A DNA stretch of 64,000 nucleotides, taken from positions 307 through 64,306 of the forward strand of contig CAYUWD010000002.1 of NCBI GenBank assembly GCA_964448235.1, in the 5' to 3' direction. This document shows, piece after piece, positions 56,063 through 64,000 of this stretch. The notes beneath the pieces are model-generated. The model had not been told where the DNA came from. It saw only the letters and a list, made by a program, of their open reading frames with translations, and did no database searches. Numbering within the stretch: the stretch's first letter is position 1; the number at the start of each line of letters is the position of its first letter. Source of the stretch: an uncultured Bacteroidales bacterium (GTDB taxonomy: Bacteria > Bacteroidota > Bacteroidia > Bacteroidales > ML635J-15). The position numbers and the translations under genes are program-made.

Positions 56063-57089
56063 ATTAAAATCAAGAATATTGAAAAACATCACAACATATA
56101 TTAGTTTAATTCTTACTGTAATAACAATTTTTACAGCTTGCAACAACAATAAGAAAAAAGAAAAAAGCGGCACAAATGATACAATAGATAACAATATCCC
56201 AAGTTACAATAAAGATTCTGCCTCAGATACAGTAGCAGTTCTACTAATTAATCCAAATGGAGAATCCGAATATATTGTTGGTAAAATAGATAATATTTAC
56301 AGAAAAACTTCTAGTGGTTTAGAGTTCAAATTTATTAAATCAGGAAAAGGAAACATTTATCCAAAAATCGGAGATATTTTATATTTTGATATGACATACT
56401 CCACTCCTAATGATTCTGTAATCTTTAATACAAATATAATTGACCCCAATTTTAAAATGCGGCTTTCTACTCCCTCCCATTCTGGTGGATGTTTCGAAGA
56501 GGCTTTGATGATGATGAAAGAAGGCGATAGTGCTGCCTTTAAGATTAACGCTAAAAATTTTCTCATTTACACTCAGGATAAAGTAAATATTCCGTCATAC
56601 TTAAGCGACAATGATAAATTCATTTTTAGAATCAAACTAAAAGAAATTGTTGACGGCAGCGATTATATAAAACAAAATGCAGATTTATACCAATATTATA
56701 TTAGTCAAGAGAATAGTTTAATTGAAAGATATTCTCTTGAAATCGAATATCCTCGAAAAATAACAGAATCAGGATTAAATATTTTCACTATAAAAAAAGG
56801 TACCGGTAAAACACCGATTAAGGGAGATATGGTTTCTATTGATTATACTGCCGGTTTTATTGATGGTTCTGTTTTTGACTCTACCCTAGAAAGAAATCAA
56901 CCTTTTCGATTTAAAATGGGAAACAATGAGGTTATAGATGGTCTAGAAGAAGCTATAAGCTTAATGAATATTGGTGATCACTGCTTAATAATTATCCCTT
57001 TTCGTTTAGCATACGGAGAAGAAAAAAATGGAGTTGTTGCTCCTTTCAGCACTTTGGTTTTTGAAATAGAAGTTTTAAATGTCGAATAG
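56046..57089 (+). CDS. FKBP-type peptidyl-prolyl isomerase lipoprotein (two FKBP-like modules)
   Basis: TTG start (either 56046 or in-frame 56079). Lipobox 'IFTACNN'. 'GDMVSIDYTAGFIDGSVFDST...IIPFRLAYGEEKNGVVAPFSTLVFEIEVL'. Confidence 0.75.
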   Translation: MKEHNKLKSRILKNITTYISLILTVITIFTACNNNKKKEKSGTNDTIDNNIPSYNKDSASDTVAVLLINPNGESEYIVGKIDNIYRKTSSGLEFKFIKSGKGNIYPKIGDILYFDMTYSTPNDSVIFNTNIIDPNFKMRLSTPSHSGGCFEEALMMMKEGDSAAFKINAKNFLIYTQDKVNIPSYLSDNDKFIFRIKLKEIVDGSDYIKQNADLYQYYISQENSLIERYSLEIEYPRKITESGLNIFTIKKGTGKTPIKGDMVSIDYTAGFIDGSVFDSTLERNQPFRFKMGNNEVIDGLEEAISLMNIGDHCLIIIPFRLAYGEEKNGVVAPFSTLVFEIEVLNVE

Positions 57090-57660
57090 TAACGAAATAT
57101 TGCTATATTTTGGCTCCTTTAATCCTATTCACATAGGACATATGGCTATTGCAAATTACCTGACCGAGTTTTGTGATATTAAGGAACTTTGGTTTGTCAT
57201 TACTCCACAAAACCCACTAAAGAAATCATCTTCATTACTTAAAGATAGAGATAGACAATATCTTATTCAACTTGCAATTGAAGATTACCCAAAATTCAAA
57301 GTTTCAGATATCGAATTCTATCTTCCAAAACCCAATTACACCATTAATACACTCACATATTTGAAAGAGAAATATCCCAAAGGGAAATTCAGTATTCTTA
57401 TTGGTGGAGATAATTTGGCAACATTTCATAAGTGGAAAAATTACGAGAAAATTCTGGAAGGATTTAAAATCTACGTTTATAAACGTCCGGGATGTGAAGT
57501 AAGAGAATTTGAAAATTCAGATATCACAATTGTTGATGCTCCACAGATGGAAATTTCTTCAAGTTTTATCCGTAAAGCAATTAAAAAAAATAAAGATATT
57601 CGTTATTTCCTCCCTCCCAAGGTTTATAAGTATATACTAAAAATGGGTTGGTGGCGGTAA
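57079..57660 (+). CDS. nadD: Nicotinate-nucleotide adenylyltransferase
   Basis: 'YFGSFNPIHIGH' (HxGH) and 'ISSSFIR' (ISST-type) motifs. 193 aa. Confidence 0.85.
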   Translation: MSNSNEILLYFGSFNPIHIGHMAIANYLTEFCDIKELWFVITPQNPLKKSSSLLKDRDRQYLIQLAIEDYPKFKVSDIEFYLPKPNYTINTLTYLKEKYPKGKFSILIGGDNLATFHKWKNYEKILEGFKIYVYKRPGCEVREFENSDITIVDAPQMEISSSFIRKAIKKNKDIRYFLPPKVYKYILKMGWWR

Positions 57661-57681
57661 GATGACCGGTGACAGGTTGTT
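57661..57681. repeat. Left arm of an imperfect inverted repeat flanking the 57733-58107 gene
   Basis: gatgaccggtgacaggttgtt, starting at the first nt after the nadD stop codon. Pairs with the reverse complement of 58137-58156 (18 matches over 21 aligned columns, hand alignment). Confidence 0.6.
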
Positions 57682-57732
57682 AATACCTATTGGCTGTTAA
57701 CTGCTGATAACTGTTTATTGGTTATTGATCTA

Positions 57733-58107
57733 TCATTCTCTGATTTTAAACCTATTAAAGCTATCAACTCTTTTGTGATCCTGTTGATTGATTATTTTAT
57801 AAACAACAAATGGAATAGCAATCATACCTGTTGAGAAAACGAAATATCCTGTATTTCTGATAAAGTTATTTAACCAAAAAAATGCCAAAGGAGCGCCTAA
57901 AATTAAAATTATTAAGGCTACAATAACTGCAAGAATAGATTTTTTTGCATATATTTTATCCACTTCAGCATTAAAATCAGAATTACATTTTTTACAAGTT
58001 AATTGTATGGGATTCCCTTTCTCTTTAGATAGCATTGCTCTGTCCGATACAAAAGAAAAAAAGTATGTCTCAGATTTGCAATATGGACATTTAGTAAAAA
58101 GTTTCAT
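57733..58107 (-). CDS. Hypothetical zinc-ribbon membrane protein
   Basis: 124 aa. 'CPYC...(24 aa)...CKKC' four-Cys ribbon followed by two TM helices. Confidence 0.5.
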   Translation of the reverse strand: MKLFTKCPYCKSETYFFSFVSDRAMLSKEKGNPIQLTCKKCNSDFNAEVDKIYAKKSILAVIVALIILILGAPLAFFWLNNFIRNTGYFVFSTGMIAIPFVVYKIINQQDHKRVDSFNRFKIRE

Positions 58108-58136
58108 TTATTTATCATAATTAATGCTGCTAAAAG

Positions 58137-58156
58137 AACACCGGTCACCAGTCATC
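58137..58156. repeat. Right arm of the imperfect inverted repeat
   Basis: aacaccggtcaccagtcatc (reverse complement gatgactggtgaccggtgtt), ending 5 nt before the stop codon of the 5'-nucleotidase gene. Confidence 0.6.
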
Positions 58157-58161
58157 TGTCA

Positions 58162-59967
58162 TTACTCCTTCTCTCCTACATTAATAGTCCTTTGTATAGG
58201 TACTCTGTACTTATCTGGAAAATCAGGAATATTGTCACCATCTATATCTTCAAATGTTTGTAAATATTTCACCACTGCCATCCATTCTTTACCTTCCTGA
58301 ATTCCATCTTTTGCCTTATCAAAATCTATCCATGTATTTTTATTATCTAGAATAGGATTACCATTTTTATCTTTAGGTTTTACTTTTATTAATCCTAAAG
58401 TCATCCCTTTAATTTCTCCCACAAATTCAAGCATATATGAATTAGCAGTAAGACTATAAAGAGTTTTATCTTTTTTTGAAAGGTTTATTTGTTTTCCACC
58501 AATTTTAATACTTTTAATCTTTTTGAGGAGTCCTTTATTTGCATCATATACCACTTCTATCCCACCATAAAAACAATAATAAGAGGGTTTCATTTTAGGA
58601 GCGACAAGTAGTAATTCAATAATATTTTTTATTTCTTTTCCAGTTAGATACACCTTTGCTAAAGGATAACCAGGCACATCATCATCTCCTTCGCCAAGAC
58701 TTACAATTCTAAAAACATCAGTAACTGTTTGGATACCATTTTTTCCGGGACGAAATTTATCTCTAATTACTCCTGCAGCAATAAGTGAGACATCAGTATT
58801 TTCATTAGAAAACTCGTTCACATAGTAATGTATTGCATCAGCAATCAATGGTCCTAAATTACTAGAATCCAAATCTCCATTTTCCTCACATATTAATTCA
58901 TAATCCGTTTCTGCTAAAGGTTTATAATATCCTAAGCCCATGGGTTTTAACAATTTATCATCAATCAGACGTATTCTGCCTGCAATTTCTTTATGAATAT
59001 TACAATCACCTTTAATATTATCATTTATTGGGATTAGCTGATACTTAGCAGAAGTTATTTGCCCTTTATTAATATTTATTTCGAATCTTCCAACATTTTT
59101 TCCTTGAGAACCTGTTTGAACTATTGGAGTTTCATTAACCCATATTGGATCATTAATAACTGTATGAGTATGCCCACTAATAATAAGGTCAATTCCTTTA
59201 ACTTTTTTTGCCAATTCAACATCCTCACCGATCCAATTACCTTTTTTATCCTTAGCGACTCCACTATGAGACAAACAAATAATAAAATCAACATTTTCTT
59301 CATTTTCCAGAACTTTAACTATCTTTTTTGCAGATTTAATGGGATCAAGTATTTCAAGTGGTGCAGCTTTTGGTGCGACCTGTTTAGCATCATCTCCAAT
59401 TAAGCCAAAAATTCCGATTTTCATTCCGTCTTTTTCAATGATATGATATTTTCTAATCATTCCAATATTATACATATCAGCAAACATATCATCATCGGGA
59501 CTTTTATCATCAAACTCAACATTTGCAAGAGTTAAAAAAGGAGTCCCACCATTTAAAGCACTAGAATTTATTATTCTGGTTAATGTTTCAGGACCAAAAT
59601 CAAATTCATGATTCCCAAGACCAACAACATCGTAACCCATTTTTTTCATTAAAGTCAGTTGAAAACCATGTTCTGCTTCAAAAATGTGAAAAAAAGTTCC
59701 CATTAAAAAGTCTCCGGCATCTAATACCAAAGTGTTATCAGGATATTTACTTTTATCATTTTTAATGATTGTTGCGATTCTTGCAAAACCTGCAAGTGTG
59801 CTATCGTTAAACTCGTTACATGGTGTATATTCTAATTCAGGAGAAAATCCCGTAAGATTACTATGCAAATCATTAGTGTGCAGTATTATCAACTTACCTG
59901 ATTTTTCTTGTGAAAATATAAGAATAGTAAGAAAGCTAAATAAAGCTAAAAAGAGTATTTTTTTCAT
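58162..59967 (-). CDS. Bifunctional metallophosphatase/5'-nucleotidase, secreted
   Basis: Signal peptide. 'ILHTNDLHS', 'LDAGDF', 'GNHEFDFG', 'LSHSG', 'ISGHTH'. C-terminal 5'-nucleotidase substrate-binding-like half. Confidence 0.8.
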   Translation of the reverse strand: MKKILFLALFSFLTILIFSQEKSGKLIILHTNDLHSNLTGFSPELEYTPCNEFNDSTLAGFARIATIIKNDKSKYPDNTLVLDAGDFLMGTFFHIFEAEHGFQLTLMKKMGYDVVGLGNHEFDFGPETLTRIINSSALNGGTPFLTLANVEFDDKSPDDDMFADMYNIGMIRKYHIIEKDGMKIGIFGLIGDDAKQVAPKAAPLEILDPIKSAKKIVKVLENEENVDFIICLSHSGVAKDKKGNWIGEDVELAKKVKGIDLIISGHTHTVINDPIWVNETPIVQTGSQGKNVGRFEININKGQITSAKYQLIPINDNIKGDCNIHKEIAGRIRLIDDKLLKPMGLGYYKPLAETDYELICEENGDLDSSNLGPLIADAIHYYVNEFSNENTDVSLIAAGVIRDKFRPGKNGIQTVTDVFRIVSLGEGDDDVPGYPLAKVYLTGKEIKNIIELLLVAPKMKPSYYCFYGGIEVVYDANKGLLKKIKSIKIGGKQINLSKKDKTLYSLTANSYMLEFVGEIKGMTLGLIKVKPKDKNGNPILDNKNTWIDFDKAKDGIQEGKEWMAVVKYLQTFEDIDGDNIPDFPDKYRVPIQRTINVGEKE

Positions 59968-60113
59968 GATAGAATTGTTTTATGCAAATTTATAATTTTA
60001 TAACTATACCATAAGAACTTTTAAACAATTTTTTACATTTTTTATAAATTTTAAATTTTCTGACATTTTAGTAAAATTTCTTTGTATTTTTGTAAATATC
60101 AACCTTTTAACAA

Positions 60114-60848
60114 ATGAATAAATTCCTTATCCCATTAATTATAGTACTATTAATATCTGTTGCAAGCAGTACATCTTTAGCTCAAATCAGTTTCGGCACA
60201 TACTCTACAATTGGGACTAACCCAATAGAAAAGCCTGTTTTTGTTTCTACTGGCATTAATTCTACGATTGGTTATAAGTCTTTTATATTTGATTATAAAT
60301 TTGATTTAAATTTAACATCTCGCAAAACAATCCCATTCAATGCAATTACTACTTTATTAGGATATCAATTGCAAATAAATGAAGGAGCATTATTAGAACC
60401 TAGCATCTATTACTTATTTAAACCATCAACAGAGCTTGTTTCTGAACACGACTTTGGATTAATAGTAACATACAAATTAAACAAATGGGAATTTAATTTG
60501 GGTAATAATTTTAAGTTCTTTCAATTAAAAAGAATTGTTGCTGAAAACGACGATCCTTCTGATCAAAGAACAATATCTGAAAGACCGGGATTTATTTATA
60601 AATTAAAATATCAATTTTTAAAAAGCTCTTCAAATTTTAACTTCAATATATGTGTAACAAATTATGACTGGTTTATTATTGAACAGGAAATCAATCCATT
60701 TGTAGGTAGTAACATCAAATATAATTTTATTGACACAAACATTCAATTATTTGGAGATATATATTATCAAGCTGCAGGATTCAACAATATTAGAGTTAAT
60801 TATTTTGGCTTTTACATTAGAACCGGATTAAAATGGACAATAAAATAG
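60114..60848 (+). CDS. Hypothetical secreted protein, probable small outer-membrane beta-barrel
   Basis: Signal peptide 'SVASSTSLAQ'. Alternating-hydrophobicity strands. C-terminus 'FYIRTGLKWTIK'. 16-nt overlap with the next gene. Confidence 0.4.
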   Translation: MNKFLIPLIIVLLISVASSTSLAQISFGTYSTIGTNPIEKPVFVSTGINSTIGYKSFIFDYKFDLNLTSRKTIPFNAITTLLGYQLQINEGALLEPSIYYLFKPSTELVSEHDFGLIVTYKLNKWEFNLGNNFKFFQLKRIVAENDDPSDQRTISERPGFIYKLKYQFLKSSSNFNFNICVTNYDWFIIEQEINPFVGSNIKYNFIDTNIQLFGDIYYQAAGFNNIRVNYFGFYIRTGLKWTIK

Positions 60849-61678
60849 CATTATTTTTATCATTAATAACAATAGTATTATTTACATCTTGTGATCATGA
60901 TGTAGATTTTTCAGGATTCATTCGATCAACAGACAGAGTTGAGAAACGTTTTGAACAATCGATTCAATGGAATATGAATCATCCATTTCAAACTATTACA
61001 ACCGATATAGATGAATATTCAATTCTTGTTGCCGCAGACTCCCATATAGGAGGAATGGATAATTTCTCGTCACTAAAACAAGTTTATATAAATAATAATT
61101 TTTTAAGTCTTGTTTTGGTTGGAGACATAGTTTCAGGAAGAGAAGAAGACTATTTAATTTATCAAGATTCTATTGCAGAAATAACAAAACCAATTTTTCC
61201 AGTTGTAGGAAATCATGATTTATATTTTGATGGATGGAAGAATTTTTACAAAATAATGGGATCATCAACATACTACTTTATTATTGAAACACCAATTGCT
61301 AAAGACATATATATTTGTCTTGACAATGGTTGCGGCACTTATGGAGAATCACAAATTAAATGGTTAAAAGATTTACTTAAAAGTTCAAGAGATGAATATA
61401 GATATTGTACTATTTTTAGTCATGTAAACATTTTACGCACTCGTCGAACAACAAGTGCAAGCCCTATGACAGAAGAAGTTGTATTTCTATTAGATTTATT
61501 TAACAGATATAAAATAAATTATATAATAAACGGACATGACCATTTACAAAATGAAGAAACATTTGGAGATACAAAATATATTATTGTTGATGCCATATTG
61601 GACAATTACGATTGTGCAGGATACACAATACTAAATGTAAACAAGAGCAATATTACCCACGAATTTGTACGTCTTTAA
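60833..61678 (+). CDS. Calcineurin-like metallophosphoesterase lipoprotein
   Basis: Lipobox 'LFTSCDHD'. 'VAADSH', 'VLVGDIVSG', 'VVGNHD', 'FSHV', 'INGHDH'. Confidence 0.7.
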   Translation: MDNKIALFLSLITIVLFTSCDHDVDFSGFIRSTDRVEKRFEQSIQWNMNHPFQTITTDIDEYSILVAADSHIGGMDNFSSLKQVYINNNFLSLVLVGDIVSGREEDYLIYQDSIAEITKPIFPVVGNHDLYFDGWKNFYKIMGSSTYYFIIETPIAKDIYICLDNGCGTYGESQIKWLKDLLKSSRDEYRYCTIFSHVNILRTRRTTSASPMTEEVVFLLDLFNRYKINYIINGHDHLQNEETFGDTKYIIVDAILDNYDCAGYTILNVNKSNITHEFVRL

Positions 61679-61730
61679 TATCTGGAAGGATTTACAATAA
61701 ATGTATAAATATTCTGTTTAATTTAATAAA

Positions 61731-62024
61731 ATGATTGAATGGCTAGAAAAACATATGATACAATGTCCTGTAAAACAAACTACAGGATTAAATTGCCCCG
61801 GATGTGGTATGCAAAGAGCAATAGTTGAACTTCTAAAGGGCAATATCATTGAAAGTATATATAGCTATCCTGCTCTCATCCCGTTAATATCAATGTTTAC
61901 ATATCTAATTTTACACATTATTTTTAATTTTAAAAATGGAGCAAAAATTCTAAAAATATTTTTCATAATAAATACAATAGTTATATCTTTGAACTACATC
62001 ATTTCAATAATAAAACAAATTTAA
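61731..62024 (+). CDS. DUF2752 domain-containing membrane protein
   Basis: 97 aa. 'CPVKQTTGLNCPGCGMQRA' Cys motif followed by TM helices. Confidence 0.6.
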   Translation: MIEWLEKHMIQCPVKQTTGLNCPGCGMQRAIVELLKGNIIESIYSYPALIPLISMFTYLILHIIFNFKNGAKILKIFFIINTIVISLNYIISIIKQI

Positions 62025-62025
62025 G

Positions 62026-62595
62026 ATGGATGACAACAAACAGATAAACACTAATGATCAGGTAAATAAAATTCCAGAAATAAATACTATTCCTCCATTA
62101 CCAGGACAAGAATTAGAAATTAATAATCTTAATAATAGTAATTCTAAGGAAACACAGAGCGAATCAGATAATTCAAATCAAAAAGCACATCAAACAAATA
62201 CAGATGATCGCTCTCATACAACTAGTTCACAAAACAGAGTACAAAATAATACGATAATAAAAGCCAATATTCCTAATTCGACAGCAGTTTTAGTCTTAGG
62301 AATTTTATCAATTACGAGCTTATGCTGTTGCGGGCCATTTATGCTTGGACCAATTTTAGCAATAATTGCATTAGCATTAGTTCCAAGAGGCAAAAGAAAC
62401 TTTAATGAAAATCCTGATTTATATAGAATATCTTCATATAAAAACATGAAAGCCGGGCAAGTTTGTGCTATTATAGGCCTTATATTTGGAATATTGTTTT
62501 TTATCTACTTTATAATTATGGGATCTTTCAATTCAAATAACCTCAATGAAATAAATGAAGTATTTGATAAAGCATGGAACGAATTGGGTTACTAA
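62026..62595 (+). CDS. CCC-motif / DUF4190-like membrane protein with N/Q/S/T-rich N-terminal tail
   Basis: 'VLGILSITSLCCCGPFMLGPILAIIALAL' (triple-Cys motif) plus a second TM 'VCAIIGLIFGILFFIYFIIM'. 1-nt gap after the DUF2752 gene. Confidence 0.6.
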   Translation: MDDNKQINTNDQVNKIPEINTIPPLPGQELEINNLNNSNSKETQSESDNSNQKAHQTNTDDRSHTTSSQNRVQNNTIIKANIPNSTAVLVLGILSITSLCCCGPFMLGPILAIIALALVPRGKRNFNENPDLYRISSYKNMKAGQVCAIIGLIFGILFFIYFIIMGSFNSNNLNEINEVFDKAWNELGY

Positions 62596-62598
62596 AAT

Positions 62599-63630
62599 AT
62601 GTCACTAAAAAATAGAATAAAAGTACTTTCAAAAATTGGAGATGAACTAAAAAAAGTTTATCTCGATAAGTATTCTGAATCATTTCCTGGATACGAAACC
62701 ATTTTTAATCACAACCCTTGGTTTACTACTGAAAGTGTAAAATATGCAATTAAAGAATGGAGTACATTACTTCAAGAAAACAATATCTTAGAATGGATAT
62801 CAAACTATAATATCCCTGACATCTATTCAAATAAAACTAAATTGGGAATTATTATGGCTGGCAATATTCCATTCGTTGGCTTACACGATTTAATATGTGG
62901 ATATATTTTAGACACCAAACTTAGAATTAAACTTTCCTCAAAAGATACAGTTTTAATTAAATGGATTATTGATTTGATTAAAAAGTTTGATTCAGATTTC
63001 ACAAACAAAATTAACATATATGAATATGCACTATCAGACTTTAATGCTGTAATAGCAACAGGGAGCAATAATTCAAACCGATATTTTGAATATTATTTTA
63101 AATCATACCCTAAAATTTTAAGACACAACAGAAGTTCAATAGCAGTTTTATCAGGAAATGAAACTAAAAAAGATCTCGAAAATCTTTCTGATGATATTTT
63201 TACATATTTTGGCTTAGGTTGTAGAAATGTATCATCTTTAAAAGTTCCCCAAAACTATGATTTTACCTCTTTAGCCAATGCTTTCAAGAAATATGAAAAG
63301 ATTATTGATAATAATAAATATGCCAATAATTTCAATTATCAATATACATTACTAGCTATGAACAGAATATTGCACATTAATCTCAATAATGTATTACTCA
63401 TAGAAAGCGATTCTCTACACTCTCCTGTTGGAGTATTGAACTATTCTACCTATGAATCTCTTTCACAATTACAGAATGACTTACGTTTAGCAGAAAACGA
63501 ACTTCAATGTATTGTAAGTAATTTAGATCTAAATAATAAAAGTATAAAATTTGGTCAAACACAAAAGCCAATATTATCTGAATATGCAGATAATACAGAC
63601 ACATTAGAATTTTTATTAAATTTGCATTAA
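62599..63630 (+). CDS. Acyl-CoA reductase (LuxC-like) family protein (tentative)
   Basis: 343 aa. 'IIMAGNIPFVGLHDLICGYI' and 'FGLGCRNVS' resemble the Bacteroidota LuxC-like acyl-CoA reductase family as I recall it. Confidence 0.5.
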   Translation: MSLKNRIKVLSKIGDELKKVYLDKYSESFPGYETIFNHNPWFTTESVKYAIKEWSTLLQENNILEWISNYNIPDIYSNKTKLGIIMAGNIPFVGLHDLICGYILDTKLRIKLSSKDTVLIKWIIDLIKKFDSDFTNKINIYEYALSDFNAVIATGSNNSNRYFEYYFKSYPKILRHNRSSIAVLSGNETKKDLENLSDDIFTYFGLGCRNVSSLKVPQNYDFTSLANAFKKYEKIIDNNKYANNFNYQYTLLAMNRILHINLNNVLLIESDSLHSPVGVLNYSTYESLSQLQNDLRLAENELQCIVSNLDLNNKSIKFGQTQKPILSEYADNTDTLEFLLNLH

Positions 63631-64000
63631 TGATTATTAAATATAGACTCATATCAGGAGAAAGTGACGATTTTGTCAGAGATATTGAAATATATTCTGA
63701 CAGCACTTTTTTAGAATTTCACAAATCTATTCAAACTGCTTGCGATTACGACAGCACAATGCTAAGTACATTTTTTCTTTCAAATTCATGTTGGGATAAA
63801 TTACAAGAAATTACAGAAACAAAAATTGATGAAGAAAGTCAATCAGATGTATTGTTAATGGCAAATACAAAATTGTCTGATTTTACACCCAAGAAAGGAC
63901 AAAGATTTATTTATATTTTTGATTTTTTTTCTGTCAGATCGTTTTTTCTGGAAATTGTCAACATTCGAGAGAAAACAGAAGAGGATAATAATCTAGAATT
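63630..64000 (+). CDS. Hypothetical protein, 3'-truncated by window edge (possible pRiA4b ORF-3-like fold)
   Basis: Not in the ORF track because no stop lies in the window. ATG at 63630 overlaps the previous TAA (TAATG). Open to nt 64000: MIIKYRLISGESDDFVRDIEIYSDSTFLEFHKSIQTACDYD...GQRFIYIFDFFSVRSFFLEIVNI. The pattern loosely resembles PF07929. Confidence 0.4.
   Translation, partial: MIIKYRLISGESDDFVRDIEIYSDSTFLEFHKSIQTACDYDSTMLSTFFLSNSCWDKLQEITETKIDEESQSDVLLMANTKLSDFTPKKGQRFIYIFDFFSVRSFFLEIVNIREKTEEDNNLE

Noticed and set aside
37188-63706. Remaining nested or antisense track ORFs (e.g. 37188-37412, 37452-37682, 38464-38902, 39462-39731, 40629-40865, 41804-42064, 43453-43656, 44599-44805, 47732-49114, 50454-51172, 52597-53167, 56357-56566, 59059-59995, 62214-62447, 62823-63068, 63446-63706)
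   Set aside because: Each overlaps a longer gene that has clear family motifs. None has a recognisable motif, signal peptide plus domain, or independent start context.

Overview
AT-rich chromosomal segment that looks like Bacteroidota. Supporting signs are a T9SS C-terminal sorting domain, the DUF4492-cydAB arrangement, TTTG/TAnnTTTG-type promoter motifs, and many lipoprotein signal peptides ending in Cys. I support about 60 protein-coding genes and one tRNA (tRNA-Asp GTC). I see no rRNA, CRISPR array, transposase, integrase or phage genes. All functional calls come from motif and architecture recognition by eye; no database search or computation was run.

Most of the window is housekeeping:
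- Respiration and central metabolism: cydAB, guaB, korAB, nadD, an NrnA-like DHH phosphoesterase.
- DNA and RNA functions: recQ, a RecD-like helicase, mnmE, rsmD, tex.
- Cell wall recycling: anmK.
- Protein folding: cyclophilin, parvulin and FKBP prolyl isomerases.

The parts that deserve a second look are:
1. A tightly overlapping four-gene operon at 47.2-53.4 kb. It runs TonB-dependent receptor, then a YfiR/DUF4154-domain sensor kinase with a long periplasmic coiled coil, then a stand-alone REC, then a REC-PAS-HK-REC hybrid kinase. It has no sigma/anti-sigma pair and no DNA-binding output. A convergent small Hpt-like ORF lacking the expected His sits next to it. This is my best candidate for an under-described system.
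2. An APH/AmgK-like kinase fused to a RapZ C-terminal-like domain, next to anmK.
3. A visibly G+C-richer sulfur-handling cassette (SLC13/TrkA-C permease, MBL-rhodanese fusion, two YeeE/YedE genes).
4. A perfect 60-bp duplication of the tRNA-Asp 3' end plus its terminator, with scrambled T-arm fragments in between. This may be an integration scar.
5. An array of about 9 copies of a 9-10-bp tandem repeat upstream of recQ.
6. A small zinc-ribbon membrane gene bracketed by G+C-rich imperfect inverted repeats.
7. A HydE-type radical SAM gene translationally coupled to DUF4492-cydAB.
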